Shown here: piece after piece, positions 30,590-40,561 of the stretch
Layout: the number at the start of each line of letters is the position of its first letter
How positions within the stretch are numbered: position 1 is the first letter of the stretch
Source of the DNA: Candidatus Sumerlaeales bacterium
GTDB taxonomy: Bacteria > Sumerlaeota > Sumerlaeia > Sumerlaeales > Sumerlaeaceae
Length of the DNA: 64,000 nucleotides
NCBI GenBank assembly: GCA_038243585.1
Contig: JBBSQY010000016.1
Coordinates: forward strand, 1-64,000
Reading direction: 5' to 3'
Notes under the pieces: generated by a model
What the model was told of the DNA's origin: nothing
Seen by the model: the letters and a program-made list of their open reading frames with translations, nothing else
Database searches by the model: none
Translations under genes and position numbers: made by a program

Positions 30590-31446
30590 CAGGCCATCCA
30601 GCCGGGTTTTTCGCCCGGAGGGGTCTGTACGTCCGACAGCGCTGTTGCCTTTTCTGCGCAACCGTTTTCGCGGCTGCTGAGAAACGCAACACGGCCCCCG
30701 TAGGTGCGCCGGAGATTTTCCTGATTGAACGTGGTCGATACAGGACCGGACGCGATACGGCGCACGTTGATCAGCGTGACCCAGTCGAAGTATTCCGGTA
30801 TGGTCTGGAGATCGTGATGCACGACGACCACCGTCCGGCCCTGCGATCGCAGATCTCTCAGCAGGTCGATGATGGCCCGTTCTGTGGTGGCGTCCACTCC
30901 CTGGAAGGGCTCGTCCATCAGATAGACCTGCGCGTCCTGGGCCAGCGCTCGCGCCAGGAACACGCGCTGCTGTTGGCCGCCGCTCAGCTGGCTTATCTGA
31001 CGGTGCCGGTAATCCGCCATTCCCAGCCGTTCAAGGCAGTGGGTTGCTATTTCTTTTTGCTTCGCGCCGGGGCGGCGCAGCCAGCCCAGCTTGCCGTAGG
31101 TGCCCATCATTACAACGTCCAACGCCTGGGTCGGAAAGTCCCAATCCACAGATCCGCGCTGCGGCACGTAAGCCGTCAGAGCGCGCTGCTCGCGGTAGGG
31201 CGCGCCGTGGATAAGCACTCGTCCTGCGGCCGGCTTCACGAGGCCGAGAATCGTTTTGATAAGAGTCGTTTTTCCCGCGCCATTAGGTCCGGCAATAGCC
31301 AGAAGGACCCCGGCCGGAACTTCAAGATCCACATCCCACAATACGGGTCGGTCGTGATAGGCGACGGTGACGTCGCTGACGTCGATGGCGAGACCCTTGG
31401 AGGGTGTTTCGGGAGGTTTCGACATTAAAGGATTTCCGACTGACAC
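30589..31446 (-). CDS. Metal ABC transporter ATPase (TroB-like)
   Basis: [35 protein letters not shown]; start may be ATG 31425. Confidence 0.95.
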   Translation of the reverse strand: MSVGNPLMSKPPETPSKGLAIDVSDVTVAYHDRPVLWDVDLEVPAGVLLAIAGPNGAGKTTLIKTILGLVKPAAGRVLIHGAPYREQRALTAYVPQRGSVDWDFPTQALDVVMMGTYGKLGWLRRPGAKQKEIATHCLERLGMADYRHRQISQLSGGQQQRVFLARALAQDAQVYLMDEPFQGVDATTERAIIDLLRDLRSQGRTVVVVHHDLQTIPEYFDWVTLINVRRIASGPVSTTFNQENLRRTYGGRVAFLSSRENGCAEKATALSDVQTPPGEKPGWMA

Positions 31447-31495
31447 ACGGCCGCTGCCGACATAGAGGCGGAGCTTGCCCGTAAACCTAAGCCCG

Positions 31496-32455
31496 TCACT
31501 TTGCCGGCTCCGGAGTCAGCTCCTCCGCGATGATGCCGGCGTTGAACCGGAGCATTCCGATATAGGAGGCCTGCGCTGTGCCGTAATCCCCAACGGAATC
31601 CGAGTATAGTGGCCGACCGATGCGGACTTTAAATCCTTTGGCTTTAACCGCCTCCTGCAACGCCTCGATGTTGCGCTGCGGCACGGAGGATTCCACGAAT
31701 ATCGCGGGGATTTTACGCTCTGCAATCAGGGTCGCAAGCGCCTGTACGTCCATAGCTCCAGCTTCGCTGGCTGTGCTAACACCCTGCAGGCCGCGCACTT
31801 CCATATTGTAGGCTTTGCCGAAGTAGCTAAAGGCGTCGTGAGCCGTGATGATGATTCGTTTTTCTTTAGGAATATCCTTAAGCGCGATTTCAATATTGGA
31901 ATCAAGCATCCGGAGGCTGCCCAGGAAGTAATCCAGGTTGGTTCGGATGGCTTTTTCTTTATCGGGTGCTTTTTTTATAATCGTTTCGGCGATGGTTTCG
32001 GCTACCGGCTTCCAAAGGTCTGGGTCCATCCACACGTGGGGATCATAGTTCCCCTCGAAACCTTCTACCGGGATCAACATATCCTTTGGGATATCCTTTG
32101 TCACGGCCACGACCTGCCGGTCGCCTTTTGGCATATTATCAAAGACGGTCGCCATGCCCGCTTCCAGATGAAGCCCCGTATAAAGAACGATATCAGCCTT
32201 GCCCAGCCGCTCCACATCGCCGGCGCTGGCCTTGTACAAATGAGGATCAATCCCCGGCCCCATCAGCGCGTCCACGTGAACCGCGTCCCCGCCGATCTCG
32301 CGGGCGGTATCGGCAATCATGCTGGTGGTGGCGACAATCTGAACCTTGCTAGGCCCCTCGTCGGGAGGCAAAGGAGCCTCGCATCCGGCCAGGGTTAAAG
32401 CAAAAGCCGACATCAGCAAAAAGCGGTTATATAGAAAAGAAATATTACGGGACAT
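31496..32455 (-). CDS. Metal ABC substrate-binding lipoprotein (TroA-like)
   Basis: Lipobox LAGC; DPHLY, DPHVW, HDAF, YSD ligand motifs. Confidence 0.95.
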   Translation of the reverse strand: MSRNISFLYNRFLLMSAFALTLAGCEAPLPPDEGPSKVQIVATTSMIADTAREIGGDAVHVDALMGPGIDPHLYKASAGDVERLGKADIVLYTGLHLEAGMATVFDNMPKGDRQVVAVTKDIPKDMLIPVEGFEGNYDPHVWMDPDLWKPVAETIAETIIKKAPDKEKAIRTNLDYFLGSLRMLDSNIEIALKDIPKEKRIIITAHDAFSYFGKAYNMEVRGLQGVSTASEAGAMDVQALATLIAERKIPAIFVESSVPQRNIEALQEAVKAKGFKVRIGRPLYSDSVGDYGTAQASYIGMLRFNAGIIAEELTPEPAK

Positions 32456-32491
32456 ACCTGCCCTTTCATAGCAAGAGATGATACGAATCCT

Positions 32492-32513
32492 ATATTTAGC
32501 CGCGGCTAAATAT
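32492..32513. promoter_or_regulatory. DtxR/MntR-type operator
   Basis: Perfect 22-bp palindrome ATATTTAGCCGCGGCTAAATAT about 36 bp upstream of the troA-like start. Confidence 0.8.
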
Positions 32514-32574
32514 TTTGGCGTGAGCGCTTATTTCGCTCATCCGTACGGTCCGGGATGCTTTACCTACCTTGATT

Positions 32575-33282
32575 CTATGGCAACAACCGCGTTACATGGT
32601 TTCGGCCCCAGGCGTCCAGGTGGCGGAACCCTTCCGCGTATTCTACGTTGCCCTGACAGCTCAGCCCGCGGAACTTTGCGACTGTTTTCATCATATCCAC
32701 TACGTCCAGGCCGTCATGTTCTTTCAGCCAGACGAGCTGGCTCTGGTGGCACTCAAGCATGGCCGCCTTTCGGTCGATCACGCTGGTAATGTCCACCAGT
32801 TCCGCAGGCAAAAAATCTGTGCCTGCCACGTTGTCCATATAGTAAAGGGCCGGGACCTGCTTGATGTAGGGTGTGTCTGTAAACAGGTGAGGCACGACGG
32901 CCTGAAAGCTGGCGCTGAACATCAACTCAGAGACAACCCGGTGATCCTGAGAGTAATCATTAGGATTGTGGGTGATAATAACGTCCGGGTTTGCCTGGCG
33001 GATCATTTCTGTGAAACGAAGGCGCGTTTCTTTGTCGTGAAAAAGCATCTGGTCGGGATAGCCCATCCAGAAGAGCCGGGCACCGGCGATAGCAGCAGAG
33101 GCTTCGGCTTCGGCCTTGCGGATGGCGGCCAGTTCCATCGGCATAATGGTAAGGTGGCCCTGTTCGCCGTTTGTGGCGACGGCCATACAGATTTCGTGAC
33201 CAGCGTCGGCATAGCGAAGGAGAGTTCCTGCGCACAGGATTTCGATGTCGTCCGGGTGGGCACCTACGGCGAGAATTCGCAT
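32575..33282 (-). CDS. PIG-L/LmbE family N-deacetylase
   Basis: AHPDD, R..EA, DH, HQSQ, YAEGF. Confidence 0.9.
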   Translation of the reverse strand: MRILAVGAHPDDIEILCAGTLLRYADAGHEICMAVATNGEQGHLTIMPMELAAIRKAEAEASAAIAGARLFWMGYPDQMLFHDKETRLRFTEMIRQANPDVIITHNPNDYSQDHRVVSELMFSASFQAVVPHLFTDTPYIKQVPALYYMDNVAGTDFLPAELVDITSVIDRKAAMLECHQSQLVWLKEHDGLDVVDMMKTVAKFRGLSCQGNVEYAEGFRHLDAWGRNHVTRLLP

Positions 33283-33293
33283 TGTCTAATTCC

Positions 33294-34223
33294 TTAGCTC
33301 ATCGTTATTTCAACATCAGATGCCACACCCTCGAGGAAGGTGTAGTCGGTGCGGGCGAGCTGCAGAATGCTGCCGGGGACCAGGGTATTTACCGGTCCGT
33401 GAGCCACCAGGCGGCCAATAAACCGCTGCCAGGAAACGCCGCCTCCGAGGTCGCCGTCCAGCCAGAAGCTGCGATGTTTCGCGCCCATAATTTCTGCCGG
33501 GCCGATGGTGTTTGCTTTTGGTGGCACCCATGACCAGTCGCCACCGAAAGAGTGCAGAGCGTTTTGCATAATGGTCATAGGATGCAGCTCAACGAGACGA
33601 GGGCCTGCCTTTTGGAACGCCTCTAAATCGTCGCCGAATTCCAGCCCGAGGTGGGTTTCCCAGAAGGCGATGTGGCCGCACCAGCCGATCCCACCGTAAC
33701 AAACATCTGCCCCACCGAGATCAGCGAGGCGTTGTCCGAAATCAGGCAGGGCCTGCTTAGTCGGAAAGTGTATCTGGTCGTCTGGCGGACGAAGGTCCGG
33801 TTCGATGCGAGAGAAAAAGTTGGTCCACATGGCGGACTGAAACGACCCCGCCCAGTCCAGCGGCGCCGTGTTGCCATCCTGGTCCGCGTATTCGTCCATG
33901 TTAAAGGAATGGACGTGGTGAAGGGGAATCCGCAGCTTATTGATCAGATCGGCGGCGATGGCATACTGCGGCATGGGTCCGACGGGAAAGATGCCAATTA
34001 ACGGACGCCCTTCATCCAGCGCCAGCTTGATTCGATAAATGATGTCTGCCGCAAATGCGCCGTAAAACTGGCTGCGGTCGGCGATGACTTTGATCTGAAA
34101 ATCGGGGTTCGGATGTTCCGTGATTTTACTGCGAGGAATAGCACGGACCCGGGCGCAGGCCTCCTGATCGCGGTAGGGGATGAAGCTGGATAGGTCGTAA
34201 CTAAAACTCATGGTTATCCTCAC
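33294..34223 (-). CDS. Divergent NagB-like sugar-phosphate deaminase/isomerase
   Basis: FNMDEY and GGIGWCGHIAFWE (compare NagB GGIGxDGHIAFNEP); start may be ATG 34211. Confidence 0.75.
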   Translation of the reverse strand: MRITMSFSYDLSSFIPYRDQEACARVRAIPRSKITEHPNPDFQIKVIADRSQFYGAFAADIIYRIKLALDEGRPLIGIFPVGPMPQYAIAADLINKLRIPLHHVHSFNMDEYADQDGNTAPLDWAGSFQSAMWTNFFSRIEPDLRPPDDQIHFPTKQALPDFGQRLADLGGADVCYGGIGWCGHIAFWETHLGLEFGDDLEAFQKAGPRLVELHPMTIMQNALHSFGGDWSWVPPKANTIGPAEIMGAKHRSFWLDGDLGGGVSWQRFIGRLVAHGPVNTLVPGSILQLARTDYTFLEGVASDVEITMS

Positions 34224-34269
34224 AGGTGCAGCTTCGCATCATACGTCGTTTTGCATTACGTTTTGGTTA

Positions 34270-35403
34270 TTAGCTTTTTATTTCCACGACCTGTTTATCC
34301 TTGTGACTGCGCAGCGCTGCGTCGAACAGAACGTGGCTTTGAAGGGCCTCTTCCGGCGTTACGCAGCCGAATTTGTCGCCCAGTTGTCCTGCTCGCTCGG
34401 CCAGGTAACTCGCCCACATCTGGAGAAAGCAATCCGGGAAGCCGGCTTCGAAAATGCCGCCGGTGATAGTCGGAAAAGGTCCGTGAAAGCCGAGGTCTAT
34501 GCGTTTCCACGACTGTTCTTTCCCGCGCTCGAAAACCCAGAGCGCCTTGGTGTCTTTTGTGCTGTATCGCACTCCGCCGTCAGTCCCAAATACTTCGAAA
34601 AACCATGTATTGGTTTCGCCGGGCGCCAGTCGCTTCATCTCGAATCGGACCGGCACTTCTACCCCGTCTATTGTCACGTCCGTGTGCAGCATCGCGTTAT
34701 CCCATGTATCTGCCGGGGCCATCCCGCCCGTGCCGTCCGGGCGCTCCGTATAAATCTTTTGAAGCTGCGCAAACACCCGCGTCGGAATCCAACCCAGGCG
34801 GAAAGGCACATGGACCGCGTGCATTCCCAGGTCGCCCATCACGCCGATTTCACCGCAGAATTTAACCTGTCGCTTCCAGTTGATCGCCTTGTTCGGATCA
34901 AGATCGCTGCTGTGGTGGAAGCCGGACCGCACCTCCAGGAGCCGGCCCAGGTTACCCTCCCGCGCCATCTGCCATGCCCTCTGGGGCCCCGGCAAAAAGG
35001 GAAGCTCTGAGCTGCAACGGACGAAGCGGCCCGATTCCCGCACCGCCGCCACAATGTTTGTCGCAGCCTGCAGATCGATGCCAAATGGTTTTTCCGCCAG
35101 CAGATCTTTGCCGGCCTTCAGCACGTCCAGATAGATTTGTTCGTGCAGATTATGAGGCACCGCCACGTAGACGACGTCCACGTCCGGCGAAGCAAGGAGC
35201 CCATGGTAATCCGCCGTGATCAACTTAACTCCGGGAATCTGACGAAACCATTCTCGCTGGGGTTCAGCCAGATCACATACCGCGGTCAGTTCCGCCTTTA
35301 CGGGAAAATCCTGGAGCACAAACCACCGGCCGATAGCGCTGGCAAGTTCGCGGCCCATCAGGCCGCCGCCGATGATTCCTATCCGTGCTGTTGTTGTGCT
35401 CAT
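34270..35403 (-). CDS. Gfo/Idh/MocA family oxidoreductase
   Basis: GIIGGGLMG, AVPHNLH, EKP, GVMGDLGMH. Confidence 0.92.
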   Translation of the reverse strand: MSTTTARIGIIGGGLMGRELASAIGRWFVLQDFPVKAELTAVCDLAEPQREWFRQIPGVKLITADYHGLLASPDVDVVYVAVPHNLHEQIYLDVLKAGKDLLAEKPFGIDLQAATNIVAAVRESGRFVRCSSELPFLPGPQRAWQMAREGNLGRLLEVRSGFHHSSDLDPNKAINWKRQVKFCGEIGVMGDLGMHAVHVPFRLGWIPTRVFAQLQKIYTERPDGTGGMAPADTWDNAMLHTDVTIDGVEVPVRFEMKRLAPGETNTWFFEVFGTDGGVRYSTKDTKALWVFERGKEQSWKRIDLGFHGPFPTITGGIFEAGFPDCFLQMWASYLAERAGQLGDKFGCVTPEEALQSHVLFDAALRSHKDKQVVEIKS

Positions 35404-36242
35404 GCGCGGCCCGCCTTCAACATATCCGTTGCCTGGGCGGTCGTCGCGCCGTCGTGTACAATGGCCATTAACGCCCGCGTGATGCCGGCGGGGTTATCAT
35501 GCTGAATGACGTTTCGACCATACACGATCCCTGCCGCGCCCTGCTTGATCAGTTCTTCCGTGCGCGCAAGAATTTCCTGATCGCTGGCCTTACCGCCGCC
35601 GCGAACCAGCACCGGGATACGTCCGGCGATTTGAATGACGCGGTGATAATCCTCCACGTTGTCGGTGGGATCGGCCTTGATAATGTCCGCGCCCAGTTCC
35701 ACCGCCTGTCGCACCAGCGGTATAATCTTAGACGGGTCGCCGTCCACCATGTACCCGCCGGCCTCTGCGTTTGGCCGGAACACCAAAGGTTCCACCATCA
35801 GCGGCATGCCGTAGCGGTCGCACTCCGGTTTGATTTTCAGGATGTTCTGGATGCACTGGTCGGTCACTTCCGGCTGGGCGGGAATCCGGAAGAGATTCAC
35901 GACTACGCACGCTGCGTCCAGCCGCAGAGCCTGTTCAATGGGCTGTTCGATCATACGGCTGAACAGGTGGCTGGGCAAGTCTTTGCCGTACACGTTTGCC
36001 ACGTCAGTTCGAAGCACCAGGGAGGGCTTTTCGCGGCCGGGAAGTTCCTGCAGCATGGGTGCCTGACCGACCGTCAGTTGAATCGCGTCGGGTGCCGCCT
36101 CCACCAAGATTTTAAGAGCATCCCCCAGGTTTTCAATTCCAGGCAGAAACGCGCCTTCATTAAAGAATCCATGGTCCACAGCCACGTCAAAACAACGGTT
36201 GGACTTTGCATTAAACAGGCGTTTCAGACGATACGTGTTCAT
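35400..36242 (-). CDS. Class I aldolase, DhnA/LsrF/FbaB family
   Basis: AVDHG, RQAVELGADIIKA (Schiff-base Lys), VLVRGG, GIVYGRNV. Confidence 0.88.
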   Translation of the reverse strand: MNTYRLKRLFNAKSNRCFDVAVDHGFFNEGAFLPGIENLGDALKILVEAAPDAIQLTVGQAPMLQELPGREKPSLVLRTDVANVYGKDLPSHLFSRMIEQPIEQALRLDAACVVVNLFRIPAQPEVTDQCIQNILKIKPECDRYGMPLMVEPLVFRPNAEAGGYMVDGDPSKIIPLVRQAVELGADIIKADPTDNVEDYHRVIQIAGRIPVLVRGGGKASDQEILARTEELIKQGAAGIVYGRNVIQHDNPAGITRALMAIVHDGATTAQATDMLKAGRA

Positions 36243-36350
36243 GACACCCTATCTTGTATAATCGATGAACCGATTGAAATGGGACTGCTGAGCTGTAAAA
36301 AGTATTTTGCGTGTTGTTGGCTGTCGTTCTACGTGTCTTTAAGTCCGCTG

Positions 36351-37742
36351 TTAAACTGGCTTGAGGCAGTCGCTGATTTTCACCATGGCAGCCGACGCTT
36401 CATCAATGTCGGCATACCAGCCGGCACCAACAGCCGCCAACACTGCCGCACCCAGGCAACCCGCCTGTTCGCTGGCCGATCGGTAAACCGGAGCGCGCAG
36501 GGTCGTCGCGATCATCTGCATCCACGCCTCACACCGGGCCCCGCCGCCCGTCACCACGATTCCCTTGCTCACCAGGTCCGGCTGGACATCGTGGAGCATC
36601 TCACAAAGCAGATTAGACATACTCTGCAATATGGCCAGCGCGTAGAGACCGTGATCCCCAATTCTGCTGTGATCGCTGAAAACCTCATCCTTATTTAGTT
36701 TCCATGGACATAGGTGCATGGTAGGAACTTCCGCAGCGGGGTCGACTTCTGTTGCGAGTTGCAATAGTTCTTCGACAGAGAGTTCCGGTGCGAAATACTC
36801 CCGGTACCAGTTGAGGGCGCGGGTGCCGTGATTGTGCCAGGCCAGGCGGTAAAATCCCTTCCCGTTCATCCCGGGGCCGACACAGCATTTGGGATCAACT
36901 CGCGCCTCGGAGTCCAGGCATGTCGCCGCCAGCACGGTCCCCGTGGAAACGCTGAACGGAGCAGTCTTGCCCGCACCGGCGCCAATGGCGGCCACATGGT
37001 GATCAAGGCTTCCCACAACTACAGGAATTCCCACGGGCAGGGCAAACAGGTCCTGGTGAATGCCTTCCGTTGTGACGCCGACTGTGGTTCCGGGATACGC
37101 CAGCTCCGGCAATTGGTCGACGGTTATGTTTGCTGCCAGAACGGCCTCTTCCCACCAGGCATTTTCCTGCAGATCCCACAGACCCAGCAACGCCGAGCTG
37201 CCGGAATCTCCCATGCGTTTGCCGGTCAGGAGAAAGACCAGGTAATCCGGCAGGGTCAGGATGTAACGGGTTCGCGCCCATATTTCCGGCTGCTCATTTT
37301 GGATCCACCCGATGTTGGCGACCATCATGCCCGGAGCAATATTGTTAAAGCCAATCTTTTCCAGAAACCTGTCTGTCTGCGCCAGAGCCTGGAATGCATC
37401 TGGAAAATCTTTCGCCCGGTGATCCGTCCACACGATAAACGGGGTAATCGGCTGGTAGTCTTCGTCCATTAAAAGGAAGGTGTTGGCTTGGGTTGAGTAG
37501 GCGATTCCCTGGATATCGGCCAGAGATACGCCGGCGTTTTTGGCTGCCCCGGCGATGGCTCCCCTCACGAGATCGAGCATCTGGGATATGGGGAGTTCCA
37601 CCTGCCCCGGCTCATGTGTCACATAGGTCGGCGAAACGCTGCTTAGTCCCAGCAACTGGCCTTCAGCGTTGTAAATGCCAGCTTTATAGTTGGTGGTGCC
37701 AAGATCAAGCCCGATGACGTAGCCTGTTGATTTCTTTTCCAT
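36351..37742 (-). CDS. FGGY family carbohydrate kinase
   Basis: IGLDLGTT, WTDHR, GSLDH, STGT, VTGGGA, LGAA. Confidence 0.9.
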   Translation of the reverse strand: MEKKSTGYVIGLDLGTTNYKAGIYNAEGQLLGLSSVSPTYVTHEPGQVELPISQMLDLVRGAIAGAAKNAGVSLADIQGIAYSTQANTFLLMDEDYQPITPFIVWTDHRAKDFPDAFQALAQTDRFLEKIGFNNIAPGMMVANIGWIQNEQPEIWARTRYILTLPDYLVFLLTGKRMGDSGSSALLGLWDLQENAWWEEAVLAANITVDQLPELAYPGTTVGVTTEGIHQDLFALPVGIPVVVGSLDHHVAAIGAGAGKTAPFSVSTGTVLAATCLDSEARVDPKCCVGPGMNGKGFYRLAWHNHGTRALNWYREYFAPELSVEELLQLATEVDPAAEVPTMHLCPWKLNKDEVFSDHSRIGDHGLYALAILQSMSNLLCEMLHDVQPDLVSKGIVVTGGGARCEAWMQMIATTLRAPVYRSASEQAGCLGAAVLAAVGAGWYADIDEASAAMVKISDCLKPV

Positions 37743-37926
37743 GGAACAACCTCCCGTTGCCTTCTTAAATGACACAATGGGAATAGGACAACGGGGATGC
37801 GGGAATTCAAGGCAGAGTTTCCTGCACAATCATGAAAGTTGATCCGAATGGTAGTGGGTAGATAGCTATATTCTTAAGAACTAGTCTAGTCGCTTAACCT
37901 GATCTCATGAGCAAATCCGCAACTTT

Positions 37927-38922
37927 ATGATATACACTGCCCCCCGCTGGCTTCCCGGCGGGCATCTGCAAACCATTTTTCCGTCTCAATTTATTCGGGC
38001 GCCGAAAGTGGCCTATCGCCGTGAGCGGTGGAAGGCTCCTGATGGGGATTTTGTAGACATGGACATGATCGACGGCGAGGCTGGTCAGCCGTTCCTTGTG
38101 CTGTTCCATGGGCTAGAGGGATCGTCCAACAGCCATTACGCCCGCGCCTTGATGGCGCATATCGCTGGCCTGGGCTGGTCTGGAGCGGTTGCCCATTTCC
38201 GCAGTTGTTCGGGAGAGCTGAATCACGCACCGCGTTTCTATCACTCCGGCGATGCGGAAGAAATTGACTGGGTCCTGAGGGGATTAAAGATCTACGCCGA
38301 TAGCCGGCAGGCGCGCCGGTTTTATGCTGTCGGAGCTTCGCTGGGAGGCAACGGACTATTACGCTGGCTGGGCGAATCTCAGCATCAGGCGGATTTTGTC
38401 GACGCCGCCTGCACCGTGTCAGCGCCCCACTGTCTTCATGCCGGCGGAGCGGCGATATCCCACGGATTTAATCGCATTTACACACAGGTGTTTTTGCGAA
38501 CCATGAAACCCAAATGCATCGAAAAGTTAAAGCAGTTTCCCGGTCTGTTCGACGGGGAAGCCATACGTCGGGTGCGTACCCTGCACGAATTTGACAACGT
38601 CGTGACGGCGCCGCTGCATGGGTTTCGCGATGCCGATGATTACTGGAACCGTGCAAGCGCCAAGCACGTGCTTAAAGATATTACAGTAGAAACTCTGCTT
38701 ATAAACGCGCAGAATGATCCATTTTTGCCACCGCAATTTCTGCCGCAGTCCGCATCCAGCGCGGTAACGTTCGATTATCCGATGGAGGGCGGGCACGTGG
38801 GTTTCGCCGTGGGCTCGATGCCGGGAAAGATTGACTGGCTTCCGCGGCGGATAGTGCATTTTCTAGAGGGGGCAAACCCTTTGGCCGCCCCGCCAGAATT
38901 TTCTGACTTATTGGTGCTGTAA
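37927..38922 (+). CDS. YheT-family alpha/beta hydrolase
   Basis: GGHLQTI, HGLEGSS.SHY, GASLGGN, NDPF, GGHVGF. Confidence 0.92.
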   Translation: MIYTAPRWLPGGHLQTIFPSQFIRAPKVAYRRERWKAPDGDFVDMDMIDGEAGQPFLVLFHGLEGSSNSHYARALMAHIAGLGWSGAVAHFRSCSGELNHAPRFYHSGDAEEIDWVLRGLKIYADSRQARRFYAVGASLGGNGLLRWLGESQHQADFVDAACTVSAPHCLHAGGAAISHGFNRIYTQVFLRTMKPKCIEKLKQFPGLFDGEAIRRVRTLHEFDNVVTAPLHGFRDADDYWNRASAKHVLKDITVETLLINAQNDPFLPPQFLPQSASSAVTFDYPMEGGHVGFAVGSMPGKIDWLPRRIVHFLEGANPLAAPPEFSDLLVL

Positions 38923-38932
38923 GCGCGGTAGA

Positions 38933-39469
38933 CTACTCCAGCTTCAGGTCTTTCAGCGCGACTCTCCACGGGCTTATTTCCATGTCTTTTTCGCCGCAAT
39001 TGCAGGACTCGGTGTTTAAATTCGCTCCGCAATGGGGGCACAGTCCCTTGCAATTGGTGCTGCACACCGGCAGGGTAGGAAGATCGAGTAGAATGGATTC
39101 GCGCAGTTCATCTTCTGGTTGAATCCAGTCGCCGTTAAATGGGGTGACAATCTGCTCTTCCGGCGAAACAACTTCATTTCGCGTTTCCCGGATAGACTTT
39201 TCGTTTTCATAGATGGCCTGCACGGACGCGTTAACCTGAATGCGGGCTTCTGTGAGGCACCGTACACACTGGGTGACGGCTTCTGTTTTGAGTATGCCGC
39301 GGGTGATCACGCGCGGGAGAGCCCGCATAAACTCAACGTCACCAGTGATCTGGGAAAACGTGTATTCCGGATCTACCAAGTCCAGCGTCTCAGGCGAACA
39401 GTTAACCTTCAGAACAACCGGACCATCTTCCAGTCTTTTCACGTTAATTGTAAAGTCGTTTTCACGCAT
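38933..39469 (-). CDS. DUF177/YceD family protein
   Basis: CVRCL, C..NCKGLCPHCGANLN..C.C, PW..LK.L. Confidence 0.9.
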   Translation of the reverse strand: MRENDFTINVKRLEDGPVVLKVNCSPETLDLVDPEYTFSQITGDVEFMRALPRVITRGILKTEAVTQCVRCLTEARIQVNASVQAIYENEKSIRETRNEVVSPEEQIVTPFNGDWIQPEDELRESILLDLPTLPVCSTNCKGLCPHCGANLNTESCNCGEKDMEISPWRVALKDLKLE

Positions 39470-39508
39470 GGGGGGCGCCCTCCGGTCAGGTAATGATCAG
39501 TACTACAG

Positions 39509-40459
39509 TTATTTGGAGCGTTTCATGGCAAGACCGGCTGCGCCAATAATGCCAGCGTCGTTTCCGAGGGTCGCTCTCACGATCCGAACGCGGTCTCCGG
39601 GCGTTTTAAAACTGTTTTTCTTCGCAGTTTCGATGAGCGGTTTAAAGATAAAATCACCGGCGTTGCTTAGGGCACCGCCGTAGGCTATCATTTCCGGATT
39701 AAAAACGTTGATGACCGTGGCGGCGGCGATGCCAAGATAATAACCTACTTTATCGAACAGCTCGATGGCGTATTCGTCGCCCTGCATTGCAGCATCATAG
39801 ACGACCCGTGTGCCGAAATCCTCTTCAGCGCCTTCTGGAATCTGAATTGTTGTCTTAACCCCGGCGGCGATGGCCTGTTTCACATCGCGGCGAATGGCCG
39901 TGGCGCTGGCGTAGGCTTCTATGCAGCCATGGTTTCCACAACCGCACAAAGGACCGTCAAAGTTGATGATCATGTGTCCCAGTTCGCCGGCGGTGTCATT
40001 GGGTCCGATATAGAGTTCATCGTTTATCACCAGCCCGCCGCCCACGCCGGTGCCGAGAGTAAATAACAGCATTGTGTCCACATCAGCGCCCGCGCCTACC
40101 CACCATTCGCCGTAGGCCGCCGCATTGGCGTCATTGTTCAGCGTTACAGGCAGTTGCAGATGCTCTTCCAGGATCTTCTGAGCGGGGACATTCGTCCAGC
40201 CGGGCAGGTTTGGTGTTTCATATACGATTCCCATGCGGCTGCTTAGCGGACCGGGGCACCCCATACCAACGGCCTGCACGGGATTACCGCTGGAAATCAG
40301 GTCGCGTGCGTGCGTGGCAATATCAGCGAGGACTCCTTCCGGTCCCTTTTCTGAATGAGTAGGACTTTTTGCTGATCGCACGATGCGACCGCTCTCGTCT
40401 ACAATGCCGAGTTTCGTATCGGTGCCGCCAAGATCAATGCCGAGATAGTAATCCGCCAT
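39509..40459 (-). CDS. ROK family kinase (glucokinase-like)
   Basis: GIDLGGT, NDANAAAYGE, LGTGVGGG, ELGH, CGCGNHGCIE. Confidence 0.93.
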   Translation of the reverse strand: MADYYLGIDLGGTDTKLGIVDESGRIVRSAKSPTHSEKGPEGVLADIATHARDLISSGNPVQAVGMGCPGPLSSRMGIVYETPNLPGWTNVPAQKILEEHLQLPVTLNNDANAAAYGEWWVGAGADVDTMLLFTLGTGVGGGLVINDELYIGPNDTAGELGHMIINFDGPLCGCGNHGCIEAYASATAIRRDVKQAIAAGVKTTIQIPEGAEEDFGTRVVYDAAMQGDEYAIELFDKVGYYLGIAAATVINVFNPEMIAYGGALSNAGDFIFKPLIETAKKNSFKTPGDRVRIVRATLGNDAGIIGAAGLAMKRSK

Positions 40460-40561
40460 ACTAGTTTTATCCTCTTCGAAATGCAGCAGGCGAAAGCCAT
40501 GCCGTCCACAGATGTTGTTTTCTGTAATGAACAGCGCAACTAAGCGGTAGCAGTTCGTGCG

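Noticed and set aside
35499..36698. Long antisense ORFs (e.g. 35499-36698, 34210-35010, 30580-31428, 16708-17529)
   Set aside because: Shadow frames opposite well-supported genes in GC-rich DNA, with no motifs.
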